From: an uncultured Actinomycetes bacterium
GTDB taxonomy: Bacteria; Actinomycetota; Thermoleophilia; Gaiellales; Gaiellaceae
NCBI GenBank assembly: GCA_963797805.1
Contig: CAWCRC010000002.1
Location: 200,496 to 264,495 of the forward strand
Reading direction: 5' to 3'
DNA: 64,000 bases
Under the pieces are notes generated by a model that ran no database searches, had not been told where the DNA came from, and was given only the letters and a program-made list of their open reading frames with translations. The translations under genes were made by a program, and so were the position numbers. This document shows positions 20,666-29,513 of this stretch, in pieces; position 1 is the first letter of the stretch; each line of letters starts with the position of its first letter.

Positions 20666-21942
20666 GCCGAGAACACCACCCGGCCCGCGGCGACGGTCTT
20701 CACGACCGAGCCGACGAGCGTCTGGCCGAGGAGCCACGAGTTCGCCGAGCGCGAGTGGAAGCCGTCCTCGCTGACCGTCCACTCCGCCTCGAGGTCGACG
20801 AGGACGAGGTTCGCGGGCTCGCCGATCGCGATCCGCGGCACCGGGAGCCCGAGCGCCCGCGCCGGACCCGCCGAGAGCCGGTCGAGGACCACCGCCAGCG
20901 GAACCTCCTCCTCGCGGACGAGGAACGTGTTCAGGGCGGCGAACGCCGTCTCGAGCCCGGTCACGCCGAACGGTGCCTGCTCGAACGGCACGTCCTTCTC
21001 GTGCCGTGCATGAGGTGCGTGGTCGGTGGCGATGCAGTCGACGGTGCCGTCGAGAAGGCCCTCGACGAGCGCACGGCGGTCGTCCTCGCTCCCGAGCGGT
21101 GGGTTCATCTTCGCGTTCGCGTCCAGCGTGCGGACGAGCTCGTCGGTCGCGCACAGGTGGTGCGGCGTCGCCTCCGCGCTGACGCGCACGCCGAGCGCGC
21201 GCGCTCGACGAACCGCATCGACGGAGGCACGGGCCGAGAGATGCTGTAGGTGGATCGGCCGGCGCTCGTAGCCGGCCAGCGAGAGGTCGCGCTCGACCAT
21301 CAGGCTCTCGGCGACGGACGGCCACCCGGCGAGCCCCAGCTCGGCGGAGACCGCGCCCTCGTGCATCTGCCCGTCGCGCGAGAGCGTCGGCTCCTCGCAG
21401 TGCAGCGCGAGCGGCCGGTCGGCGACGGCGCTGTAGGCGAGCGCACGCCGCATCAACCCCGCGGACGCGACCGGCCGGCCGTCGTCCGTGAACGCGATCG
21501 CTCCGGCCGCGGCGAGCTCGGCCATCTCGGTGAGCTCCTCCCCGCGCTGGCCCTTCGAGATCGCGGCCGTGAAGCCGGTCGGCACGACCGCCTCCTCGAG
21601 CGCCTGCTCGACGAGCGCGCGGAGCACCGGGGCGGTGTCGACGACCGGATCGGTGTTCGGCATCGCGACGATCGCGCAGTAGCCGCCCGCCGCCGCGGCC
21701 TGCGTGCCCGACGCGATCGTCTCCTCGTCCTCGCGGCCGGGCGTCCGCAGGTGCACGTGCGGGTCGACGAAGGCCGGTGCCAGGACGAGCCCCGCGGGCG
21801 CGGACGCGACCGCCTCCACGGCGGTCACGATCCCCTCCTCGATCGTCACGCTCGCCGGCATGTCGAGCCCTTCGCCGGGGTCGACGACCCTGGCGCGAAC
21901 CGTCAGCGAGTCGAGGCGGCCGTTCCGGCTCGCGAGCATCAC
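20662..21942 (-). CDS. pyrC: Dihydroorotase
   Basis: DPHVHLRTPG, MPNT, HCE, TPHH, KMNPPL and ATDHAPH motifs. Confidence 0.95.
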   Translation of the reverse strand: MMLASRNGRLDSLTVRARVVDPGEGLDMPASVTIEEGIVTAVEAVASAPAGLVLAPAFVDPHVHLRTPGREDEETIASGTQAAAAGGYCAIVAMPNTDPVVDTAPVLRALVEQALEEAVVPTGFTAAISKGQRGEELTEMAELAAAGAIAFTDDGRPVASAGLMRRALAYSAVADRPLALHCEEPTLSRDGQMHEGAVSAELGLAGWPSVAESLMVERDLSLAGYERRPIHLQHLSARASVDAVRRARALGVRVSAEATPHHLCATDELVRTLDANAKMNPPLGSEDDRRALVEGLLDGTVDCIATDHAPHARHEKDVPFEQAPFGVTGLETAFAALNTFLVREEEVPLAVVLDRLSAGPARALGLPVPRIAIGEPANLVLVDLEAEWTVSEDGFHSRSANSWLLGQTLVGSVVKTVAAGRVVFSA

Positions 21943-22895
21943 GCGACCTCGAGCGCGACCGCGGCGACGCCGACCCCGGGCGCCGTGAGCAGGTCGTAGA
22001 GGATCGCCATCCGCACGACGAGGCCGGAGCGCACCTGCGTCGTGACGAGCGAGGCGCCGGAATCGGCGACGCGCGGGTCGATCTCGATCCCACGGTTCAT
22101 CGGGCCGGGGTGCATCACGACCTGCCCCGGCCGGACGCGCTCGGGCGTGATCCCGTAGAGCGCCGTGTACTCGCGCAGGGACGGGACGAACGCGGCGCCG
22201 GCCTGCATTCGCTCCGATTGCATGCGAAGCGTGTAGACGACGTCGACGTCAGCGATCTCCTCGATCCGGTGGCTGACCGAGCACCCGAGCTCCTCGATCC
22301 CTCGAGGGATCAGCGTCGGCGGTCCAACAAGCAGCGGCTCGGCACCGACGAGGAGAAGCGCCTCGACGAGGGAGCGGGCGACGCGCGAGTGGAGCACGTC
22401 GCCGACGATCGCGACCGACACGCCGTCGAGGTGACCGAGCGCCTCCTGGATCGTGAAGAGGTCGAGCAGCGCCTGCGTCGGGTGCTGGTGTTTCCCGTCC
22501 CCGGCGTTGACGACGTGCGCACGGGTCGCCGAGGCGACGAGGTTCGGCGCGCCGATATGCGGATGACGGACGATGATCACGTCGGGCTCGTACTCCGCCA
22601 GCGTCTGCGCGGTGTCCCGGAGCGACTCGCCCTTGTCGACCGAGGAGCCGGCGGCGCGGAGGGTCATCGTGTCCGCGGAGAGCCGCTTCGCGGCGAGCTC
22701 GAAGCTCGCGAGGGTACGCGTCGACGACTCGTAGAAGAGGTTGAGGACGAGACGGCCGCGGAGCGTCGGCAGCTTCTTCACCTCGCGGTCGAGGGACCGC
22801 GACAGTGCGCGGGTCGTGTCGAGGATGCGCTCGACGTCGCTCGTCGTCAGGTCGCCGACAGCGAGAAGGTGGCGTGTCTCCGGCGGGACGCTCAT
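21939..22895 (-). CDS. pyrB: Aspartate carbamoyltransferase catalytic subunit
   Basis: FYESSTRT, NAGDG.HQHPTQALLD, HSRVARS and MHPGPMNRG motifs. Confidence 0.96.
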   Translation of the reverse strand: MSVPPETRHLLAVGDLTTSDVERILDTTRALSRSLDREVKKLPTLRGRLVLNLFYESSTRTLASFELAAKRLSADTMTLRAAGSSVDKGESLRDTAQTLAEYEPDVIIVRHPHIGAPNLVASATRAHVVNAGDGKHQHPTQALLDLFTIQEALGHLDGVSVAIVGDVLHSRVARSLVEALLLVGAEPLLVGPPTLIPRGIEELGCSVSHRIEEIADVDVVYTLRMQSERMQAGAAFVPSLREYTALYGITPERVRPGQVVMHPGPMNRGIEIDPRVADSGASLVTTQVRSGLVVRMAILYDLLTAPGVGVAAVALEVA

Positions 22896-23476
22896 CGCGA
22901 GCCTCCCGTCTCGAGAACGACCCGGTCGATCCCGTCGGTCTCCTCGAGCTCGACGCGGACGCGCTCCGCGAGCGCGGTCGGCAGGTTCTTGCCGACGTAG
23001 TCCGGCCGGATCGGAAGCTCCCGATGGCCTCGATCGACGAGCACGGCGAGCTGGACGCGCTCGGGCCGCCCGTAGTCGAGGAGCGCGTCGATCGCAGCGC
23101 GGATCGTGCGCCCCGTGAAGAGCACGTCGTCGACGAGCACGCACGTGGTCCCTGTGAGGGGGAACCCGAGCTCCGTCCCGCGAACGACGGGCTGCGTGTG
23201 GATCGGCGCCGCGCGTCCGCGGACGAGGACGTCGTCGCGGTGGAAGGCGATGTCGACCGCGCCGAGGGCGAGCTCGACGCCGCTCCGCTCCGCGACGAGC
23301 TCTTGCAGCCGCCGTGCGAGCGGCACGCCGCGTGTGTGGATGCCGACGAGCGCGAGGCGCTCGAGGTTGTCGTTCCGCTCGATCAGCTCGTGCGCCAACC
23401 GCGCCACCGTGCGCGCCAGGGCGTCCGCGTCGAGGATCTCGCGCGCAGATTCGCGCGCCGTCGTGCCGTTCTCCAT
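22892..23476 (-). CDS. pyrR: Pyrimidine operon regulator/uracil phosphoribosyltransferase PyrR
   Basis: GIHTRG, LVDDVLFTGRTIRAA and DRGHRELPIRPDYVGKN motifs. Confidence 0.96.
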   Translation of the reverse strand: MENGTTARESAREILDADALARTVARLAHELIERNDNLERLALVGIHTRGVPLARRLQELVAERSGVELALGAVDIAFHRDDVLVRGRAAPIHTQPVVRGTELGFPLTGTTCVLVDDVLFTGRTIRAAIDALLDYGRPERVQLAVLVDRGHRELPIRPDYVGKNLPTALAERVRVELEETDGIDRVVLETGGSR

Positions 23477-23482
23477 CCCGTG

Positions 23483-23515
23483 CTCCTTTCCGGCCTCGCT
23501 GGACCGGCTTAAAGG
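23483..23515 (-). promoter_or_regulatory. PyrR-binding RNA stem-loop overlapping the pyrR Shine-Dalgarno
   Basis: Minus strand CCTTTAAGCCGGTCCAGCGAGGCCGGAAAGGAG matches the PyrR site pattern (CUUUAA..GUCCNGNGAGG). A TAGACT -10 lies at 23525-23530. Confidence 0.85.
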
Positions 23516-23644
23516 GTCTGCGCGAGTCTAGCGAGGGGTCGCGACGGGGTGCCTCGGTCCCGGTCGGCAGGCGGCGCGCCGCCGCGAACGCGCCGGCCTG
23601 CGACTCTTCACAGGTTCCTCGCGTGCCATGAAAGGATCATCCGC

Positions 23645-25696
23645 GTGAGCGGCTTGGAGACGGAGGCGCCTGGTACGACGCGTCGCCGCCGGGTCGGCGC
23701 CGCCACGCTCGCGCTCGCCGCGCTAGTCCTGCTCTCGACGGGGATCCGCTTCGGGGCCGCACAGGCGTTCACGACGCCGTGGATCGCGCCGGACGAGATG
23801 GTCTACGGCCTCATCGGCGAGTCGCTCTGGTCGCACGGGACGCTCGAGGTCCGCGGGCTCCCGACGCCGTACTACAGCATCCTCACCCCCGCCCTCGTCG
23901 GCGCCCCGCTCGCGCTCTTCGACCTCGCGGACGGCGTCCAGTGGGCGCGTCTCCTGCAGGCGCTCGCGGCGTCGCTGGTCGCGGTGCCCACCTATCGCTG
24001 GGCCGCCCGGATGACGTCGACCGGCTGGGCGCTCGCGGCCGCGGCGCTGACGCTCGCCGCCCCGGCCCTCCACTACTCGGGCTTCCTCATGACGGAGCCG
24101 CTCACGCTGACGGTCGTCGCGGCGGCGCTCCTGGCGCTCGCCCGCGCCGTCGAGGAGCCGACGATGTGGCGCTACGGCGTCTTCGCGGCGTGGGCGACCG
24201 CGGCCGCGGCCGTCCGCCTCCAGGCGCTGCTGCTGCTGCCGGCGTTCCTCTTCGCCGTCGCCCTCGACGCGCTCGCCGCTCGTGACCGCGCCCGGCTCCG
24301 TCCGCTTGCGGCGCTCGCGGGCCTCGCGGCGCTCGTCGGTGTCGCGATCCTCGGCATCGTCGTCATCCGAAACGGAGAGCTGTCGGCCGAGAGCATCCTC
24401 GGCGCTTACACCCCGGTCGGCGAGAACACGGCCACCGGCGCCGCCCGCCTGAGCGAGGTTGCCTGGCACGCCGTGGACATCTCGATCCTCGGCCTCGCGA
24501 TCCCCGTCCTCGCGATCGCCGTGCTCGCACACGCCGTGTTCTCGCGGAGGGACACCGACCCCGCTCTCCGCGCGTTCGTCGCCGTCGCGCTCGCCTATGT
24601 GTCCCTCCTCGTCGTCCAGGTCGGCCTCTTCTCGGCCGAGTACGTCGGGCACGTGGCCGAGCGGTACCTGATCACCGCCCTGCCGCTGCTCGCGATCGGG
24701 CTCTGCGCGTGGATCTCGCGCGGAGCGCCGCGCGCCTACGCGGTCGTCCTGCCGATCTGGGCGTTGCTCGTCGCCGGTGCCGCGTTGATCCCGCTTGCGG
24801 AGATCGCAACGCCCGAGACCCTGGTCAACACCTTCACGCCGTCGAGCCTCGTGGACCTCTCGAGCGATGAGGCGCGAGCGGTGCTGGTCGCGGCCGCCGT
24901 CGTCGCGGGCGCGCTGTTCGTCGCGGTGCCGCGACGGTTCGCGTGGACGCTTGCGGTCGTCGTCGCTGTCGGGCTAGTGCTCGCCTCGGCCGACAGCGGC
25001 CGTCGCGTCGCCAGGGCGTCCGAGCACGAAGACCGCGTGTCGATGGGATCGTCGCCCGGCGGCTGGCTCGACGACGAGGGACTGGAGGACACGACGCTCC
25101 TCGTGACTGACGACCGCCTGTGGACGGCGACGGCGCGCACCATCTTCTGGAACCGCGCGATCGCCGAGGTGCTCCGCGTCGCGCCCGCGACTCTCCCGTT
25201 CCCGCCGGTGACGCCGGCGGTCGTGCTCGGCGACGACGGCGTCCTCCGGACGGCGGACGGAGGAACGCTCGACCGCCAGGTCGTCGTCGCGCCGTCAACG
25301 GTCGTCCTCGCGGGCGAGAAGGTCGCCGAGCGCGGCGTCGACAACAGCGAGACGTACGGGTTGACCGCATGGCGGGCGGAGAGCCCGGTTCGCGTTCTGC
25401 GCCGGATCGAGGGCCTGCTTCCGAACGGCGACTTCAGCGGCCGGGCACGGATCACGGTCTTCGCCTGCCAGCCGGGGACGCTCGACGTGACGATCCTCGG
25501 CAAGACCGGCGATCCGATCTCGGCATACGTGGACGGGTTCGCGGTCGCAACCCTCGAGACGCCGGCCGAGAAGTCGGTACGGCACTCGATCCCCGCGCCA
25601 CCGTATGCCGACGGCAGCCGGCCATGCATCTTCGACCTCGAGACCCCGGGCTACGCCGGGACGACGACGATCGAGTTCACGCCCGGCGCCTCGTGA
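23645..25696 (+). CDS. Polytopic GT-C-fold (ArnT/PMT-like) glycosyltransferase with extracytoplasmic C-terminal domain
   Basis: PDE..Y after TM1, MTEPL and ERY motifs; many TM segments. Confidence 0.7.
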   Translation: MSGLETEAPGTTRRRRVGAATLALAALVLLSTGIRFGAAQAFTTPWIAPDEMVYGLIGESLWSHGTLEVRGLPTPYYSILTPALVGAPLALFDLADGVQWARLLQALAASLVAVPTYRWAARMTSTGWALAAAALTLAAPALHYSGFLMTEPLTLTVVAAALLALARAVEEPTMWRYGVFAAWATAAAAVRLQALLLLPAFLFAVALDALAARDRARLRPLAALAGLAALVGVAILGIVVIRNGELSAESILGAYTPVGENTATGAARLSEVAWHAVDISILGLAIPVLAIAVLAHAVFSRRDTDPALRAFVAVALAYVSLLVVQVGLFSAEYVGHVAERYLITALPLLAIGLCAWISRGAPRAYAVVLPIWALLVAGAALIPLAEIATPETLVNTFTPSSLVDLSSDEARAVLVAAAVVAGALFVAVPRRFAWTLAVVVAVGLVLASADSGRRVARASEHEDRVSMGSSPGGWLDDEGLEDTTLLVTDDRLWTATARTIFWNRAIAEVLRVAPATLPFPPVTPAVVLGDDGVLRTADGGTLDRQVVVAPSTVVLAGEKVAERGVDNSETYGLTAWRAESPVRVLRRIEGLLPNGDFSGRARITVFACQPGTLDVTILGKTGDPISAYVDGFAVATLETPAEKSVRHSIPAPPYADGSRPCIFDLETPGYAGTTTIEFTPGAS

Positions 25697-25708
25697 GGCC
25701 GCGGCCGG

Positions 25709-25939
25709 CTAGCCGGGGAACGGGTCGTCGGGCTCGGTCAGCGCCTCGATCGCGTCGCGCGCGGCGTCCAGCTCACCGGCCGGCACGAGCAGGCGAACCG
25801 GCGCGTCACCGTGCTCGCCCGGATGCTCGTCGACCGCGCCCTCGAGCGTCGCCTCGATTCCCGCCCGTCCGAGAAGTGCCTGGAGCTCCTCCGCTTCGTC
25901 GACGCTGCCTGCGACTGTGACCTGAACGAGCTCGGTCAT
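25709..25939 (-). CDS. Small DUF2007-like protein
   Basis: EAE.LQALL..AGI and VRLLVP..E...AR pattern; overlaps the rnz stop. Confidence 0.7.
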   Translation of the reverse strand: MTELVQVTVAGSVDEAEELQALLGRAGIEATLEGAVDEHPGEHGDAPVRLLVPAGELDAARDAIEALTEPDDPFPG

Positions 25940-26916
25940 GCGCCGGACCCTACATCCTGGTGCCGCGACCGCCGCCCGCCGCGCTCGACGAGCTCGGGCG
26001 GCCCACGCTCGGGCAGCGGGACCTCGACGAGATCGAAGTCGCGCGGGACCACGGTGGCAGGGAACACCTTCGTCGCCTCGTCCGCCACCTCGGACCCGGC
26101 GTACCGGGCCGACAGGTGCGTGAGCGCGAGCAGGAGCACGCCCGCCTCGCGCGCGACGCCCGCGGCGTCCTCCGCCGTCGAATGGTCCGTCTCCCTCGCC
26201 CGGTCCTGTTCGTCGGACAGGAAGGTCGCCTCGTGGACGAGAACGTCGGCAGCTTCCGCCGCGGCGACGACCGACGCGGTCGGCGCGGTGTCGCCGCTGA
26301 GCACGACCGTACGGCCGCGACGCGGTGGCCCGAGGACATCGTCGGGCCGAACGACGCGACCGCCGTCGAGGCCAACGGGCTCACCGCGCTGCAGCGCACC
26401 GCGCGCGGGGCCGTCGGGGACGCCCAGCGCATCCGCGGCGGCAACGTCGAAGCGACCCGGCCGGCCGTCCTCGCGCATCGCGTAGCCGAGCGCGTTTCGC
26501 CCGTGCGCGACCGCGAACGCCCCGACGCGATACTCGTCGAACTCGATCACGTCTCCCGCGCCGAGCTCCTCGATCGCAAGCGGATACGTCAGCCGTCCGA
26601 TCACGATCCCGAGCGCGCCGAGAAGCGATCGCGTGCCCCGGGGGCCGTAGACCGTGATCGGCAGCTCGCGTCCGCGAAGCGCGAACGTCTTGAGCATCCC
26701 CGGCAGGCCGAGAACGTGATCGGCGTGCAGGTGAGTAAGGAAGATGTGCTCGAGGTCGACGAGGCCGGCATCCGAGCGGAGCAGCTGGCGTTGCGTCCCC
26801 TCGCCGCAGTCGATCAGCAGCCGGTCGCCGCCGCGCCGGAGGAGCGTCGCCGACGCTCCGCGCGAGGCGGTCGGGGCGGACGCCGACGTGCCCAGGAAGA
26901 CGAGGTCGAGGTCCAC
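25936..26916 (-). CDS. rnz: Ribonuclease Z
   Basis: FLGTSAS.P, DCGEGTQRQ, THLHADH, SGDT, HEATF, HST and LTHLSARY motifs. Confidence 0.94.
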   Translation of the reverse strand: MDLDLVFLGTSASAPTASRGASATLLRRGGDRLLIDCGEGTQRQLLRSDAGLVDLEHIFLTHLHADHVLGLPGMLKTFALRGRELPITVYGPRGTRSLLGALGIVIGRLTYPLAIEELGAGDVIEFDEYRVGAFAVAHGRNALGYAMREDGRPGRFDVAAADALGVPDGPARGALQRGEPVGLDGGRVVRPDDVLGPPRRGRTVVLSGDTAPTASVVAAAEAADVLVHEATFLSDEQDRARETDHSTAEDAAGVAREAGVLLLALTHLSARYAGSEVADEATKVFPATVVPRDFDLVEVPLPERGPPELVERGGRRSRHQDVGSGA

Positions 26917-27133
26917 GGGCGCCGATCCTAGCCCTGCACGGCACGGCGGGCATCAGCGTGTCTGTTGTCCCGGGCCGCGGCGCTCCGGACAGGGCTGGAG
27001 CCGTGGTCACACACTGGGCACGAACACGACACCCAGTCGTCGCCCGACCGCCGATACCGTGACATCAGGGGCGCCGAAGCCCCCTTGGGGGTCGTTCGCC
27101 GAGCGGCTCCGGCCGCTCGCCCCTCGCCGGCGG

Positions 27134-27589
27134 TCAGGCCGCGGAGGCCGGGAAGCTCAAGTCGGTGTAGACCATCTCGCCCTTGAAGAGCCGCGCCTCG
27201 GGATCCCAGGGGAAGAAGATCGCGTTCCGCCATGTGAGCTTCTCGCCGGTCGGCTCGTTGTCGAGCCAGCGACCCTGGTGGGTCGCGGTCACGATCGCCT
27301 CCTCGCAAACGCCCTGCGGCCCGATCACGATGTAGTCGAGGTCGAAGTGGATGTCCGGGAACGCGGTCAGGAGCTCCGTGTAGAACCGAGCGGCGCCCGC
27401 GTGACCCTCCCAGCGGGCACCCGTGCCGGCGACGGTGTAGACGCAGTCCTCGGTGAGCGTGGACAGGAGCCCCGGCAGATCGCGATTGTCCTCCGCGATC
27501 GAGTGCGTCTTCCAGAGCTCGCGGATCGCCTCGTGCTCGTCCGGATCGGACGGCCGTCGCAATAGCTCGAGAATGCGCTCGCTCGCCAT
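27134..27589 (-). CDS. SnoaL-like/ester cyclase (NTF2 fold) protein
   Basis: FY.EL..AFPD and THQG.W...PTG motifs; GGAGG SD. Confidence 0.8.
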   Translation of the reverse strand: MASERILELLRRPSDPDEHEAIRELWKTHSIAEDNRDLPGLLSTLTEDCVYTVAGTGARWEGHAGAARFYTELLTAFPDIHFDLDYIVIGPQGVCEEAIVTATHQGRWLDNEPTGEKLTWRNAIFFPWDPEARLFKGEMVYTDLSFPASAA

Positions 27590-27618
27590 CGGGCCTCCAG
27601 TCGTCGCGCTGAGGGTCG

Positions 27619-27644
27619 GTCGGGCGAGATATATCTCGCCCTAC
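27619..27644. repeat. GTAG-type REP-like palindrome
   Basis: Perfect 20-bp palindrome GGGCGAGATATATCTCGCCC (27622-27641). The minus strand reads GTAGGGCGAGATATATCTCGCCCGAC. Confidence 0.6.
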
Positions 27645-27662
27645 GCGGCTGCGCCAGCGGGA

Positions 27663-27920
27663 CTAGGCCGGGAGGACGAGCACCTGGCCCGGGACGATCA
27701 CGGCCGACCCGAGGTCGTTCCGCTCCCGAAGCTCCCAGACACCCTCCCGCGGATCGCCCGGAAACGTCCGGTCGGCGATCGACCAAAGCGTGTCGCCCGG
27801 CTTCACTCGGTAGTTGCGCTCCGGCCCGCTCGCGCCCGTCTCACCGGCGAACAGCGCCCAGAGCAGGATGACGCCGAGCGCGAGCAGCAGGATGCGACCG
27901 ATGAGCGACGACGCGAACAC
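27663..27920 (-). CDS. TM + LysM protein (YneA/ChiZ/DivS-like SOS division inhibitor candidate)
   Basis: N-terminal TM, then YRVKPGDTLWSIA...N.L....IVPGQVL; preceded by LexA boxes. Confidence 0.85.
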   Translation of the reverse strand: MFASSLIGRILLLALGVILLWALFAGETGASGPERNYRVKPGDTLWSIADRTFPGDPREGVWELRERNDLGSAVIVPGQVLVLPA

Positions 27921-27957
27921 GTGTTCCCATGGTGACAGAACACATGTTCGGTGTCAA
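27915..27957 (-). promoter_or_regulatory. Promoter with two LexA (Cheo/SOS) boxes
   Basis: GAAC-ACGT-GTTC at 27915-27926 and GAAC-ACAT-GTTC at 27938-27949. Minus strand TTGACA-17 nt-CACCAT brackets the second box. Confidence 0.88.
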
Positions 27958-27976
27958 GGACGAACAGACTCGAGCC

Positions 27977-29431
27977 TCAGCGAAGCGCCCGGACCGCCGT
28001 CGTCGCGCGAGACGCGTTCGCCTCGGCCGCGACCCGGACGGCGAGCGTCTGCGGACCAACTGGCCGGGCGAGTCGGAGCGTCGTCACCCGGTTCGCCTGA
28101 ACCGCAGCCGTGACGCACGTGCCGACGGCCGTCGCTCGCGACGCGAGCACGCGACGCGCGGAGGAGAGCGTGTAGGTGCCGGGGAGCACACACACGCGGG
28201 CTGTCGCACCTTCCGCCGCCGTGACCGCGACCCTCAGGCTGTCATGCGCCACGACGACGCGCGGGCGCCGGGCTCCCACGACGGTGCGCAGCGGCGTCCA
28301 CGCGGGCTCGGTGCATACGGTGCGCTCGGCGAGCGCGGCGCGGACTGCGTCGGCCGAGGGGCGAGCGGTGCCGTCGACGCGGTAGAGGCCCGCCTGGAAG
28401 CCCGCCCGCGAGGCGTCGTCGCGGAACCCGAAGACGTTCACCTGGGCGATGTCGGGGTCGCAGGCCGCGCGTCGCACGACGTCGGCATACACGGACGCCT
28501 GATGACTCTCAGTCGTCACCGGCACGTTCTCGACACCGACGTGCCCCTGGACCGAGGTCGTGTCGACCTGCCAGCCGATCTCGTCGAGATAGAGGCGGAG
28601 CCCGTCGAGCGTCGTCGGCTGGGCAGTGCCGGAGAACGCATCCCAGAGGGCCTGCTTGACCCGATCGAGGTTGACGAAGCCGGCGTTCGGCCACGGGTAG
28701 CCGGTACCGAGCGCGTCGGTCGCGCGGTTGGGGTACGGGTGGAAGCTGAGGCCGTCCATCAGCGGGCGGTCACGTCCGCTCGCCCGGTACCAGGCACCGA
28801 GCCCTGCGAGGAAGCGCACCGGCGACGTCGAGACGTTGCTCCGGGCGAGCGGCCGATCGTTCCCTCGGGGCGAAAGACCGACGCCGACGACCTTCAGCGT
28901 CGGATCGACCTCCTTCAGGGAGTCGTACCCCGCTGCGAGAAACGGGCCGAACGCGGCTGCGGACAGCTGGCGCGCCTTCGAGAGCTGTGGACGCCAGAAC
29001 GCCGGCTGGTTGGGCTCGTTGCCCACCACGAAGCTCCGCACGTCCGGGTAGCGCTGCGCCAGCTCTGCGAGCCACTTCCCGAACGCCTCCGGGCGGGCGA
29101 GGCCCGCCTCGATCTCACGAGGCGGATACGGATAGGCGGCGAACACGACCGCGAGGCCCACCGAGCGGGCCGCGGCGACGGTCAGGTCGAGGGTCGGACG
29201 ATCGGCGAGCGCAAGCGGGTCGCTCGGCTGCCAGCGGACGGTGACGACCACCTGGCGAAGGCCGAGCGACGCCATCTCCGCATACAGCTCCGCGCCGGCA
29301 TCGGGCGCCCATTTGCCGAGGTTGTCGTTGGCGCCGATGTCCGCCGCCGTGGCGGTGCCGGCCGACAGCAGCCCGCACGCAGAAACCACCGCGAGCGCAC
29401 GCAGCAATCCCCCCCACCCCCACCTCTCCAT
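27977..29431 (-). CDS. Secreted clan GH-A-like glycoside hydrolase
   Basis: Signal peptide, GNEPN (acid/base), FHPYP and LDEIGW (nucleophile) motifs. Confidence 0.72.
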   Translation of the reverse strand: MERWGWGGLLRALAVVSACGLLSAGTATAADIGANDNLGKWAPDAGAELYAEMASLGLRQVVVTVRWQPSDPLALADRPTLDLTVAAARSVGLAVVFAAYPYPPREIEAGLARPEAFGKWLAELAQRYPDVRSFVVGNEPNQPAFWRPQLSKARQLSAAAFGPFLAAGYDSLKEVDPTLKVVGVGLSPRGNDRPLARSNVSTSPVRFLAGLGAWYRASGRDRPLMDGLSFHPYPNRATDALGTGYPWPNAGFVNLDRVKQALWDAFSGTAQPTTLDGLRLYLDEIGWQVDTTSVQGHVGVENVPVTTESHQASVYADVVRRAACDPDIAQVNVFGFRDDASRAGFQAGLYRVDGTARPSADAVRAALAERTVCTEPAWTPLRTVVGARRPRVVVAHDSLRVAVTAAEGATARVCVLPGTYTLSSARRVLASRATAVGTCVTAAVQANRVTTLRLARPVGPQTLAVRVAAEANASRATTAVRALR

Positions 29432-29513
29432 CCCCCTCAGAACCCCGTTCGCTCGCGTTTCGGAACGCCGCCCACCGGAGCGGGCGGGATGCTACAGCAT
29501 CACGCCGCGCGCA

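Noticed and set aside
27066-27085. CGCCGAAG glycine-riboswitch-like motif
   Set aside because: No GGAGA or CTCTCAGG elements, and it is on the wrong strand relative to the flanking genes.
27961-27972. Third LexA box (CGAACAGACTCG)
   Set aside because: The right half-site does not match GTTC; at best a weak site.
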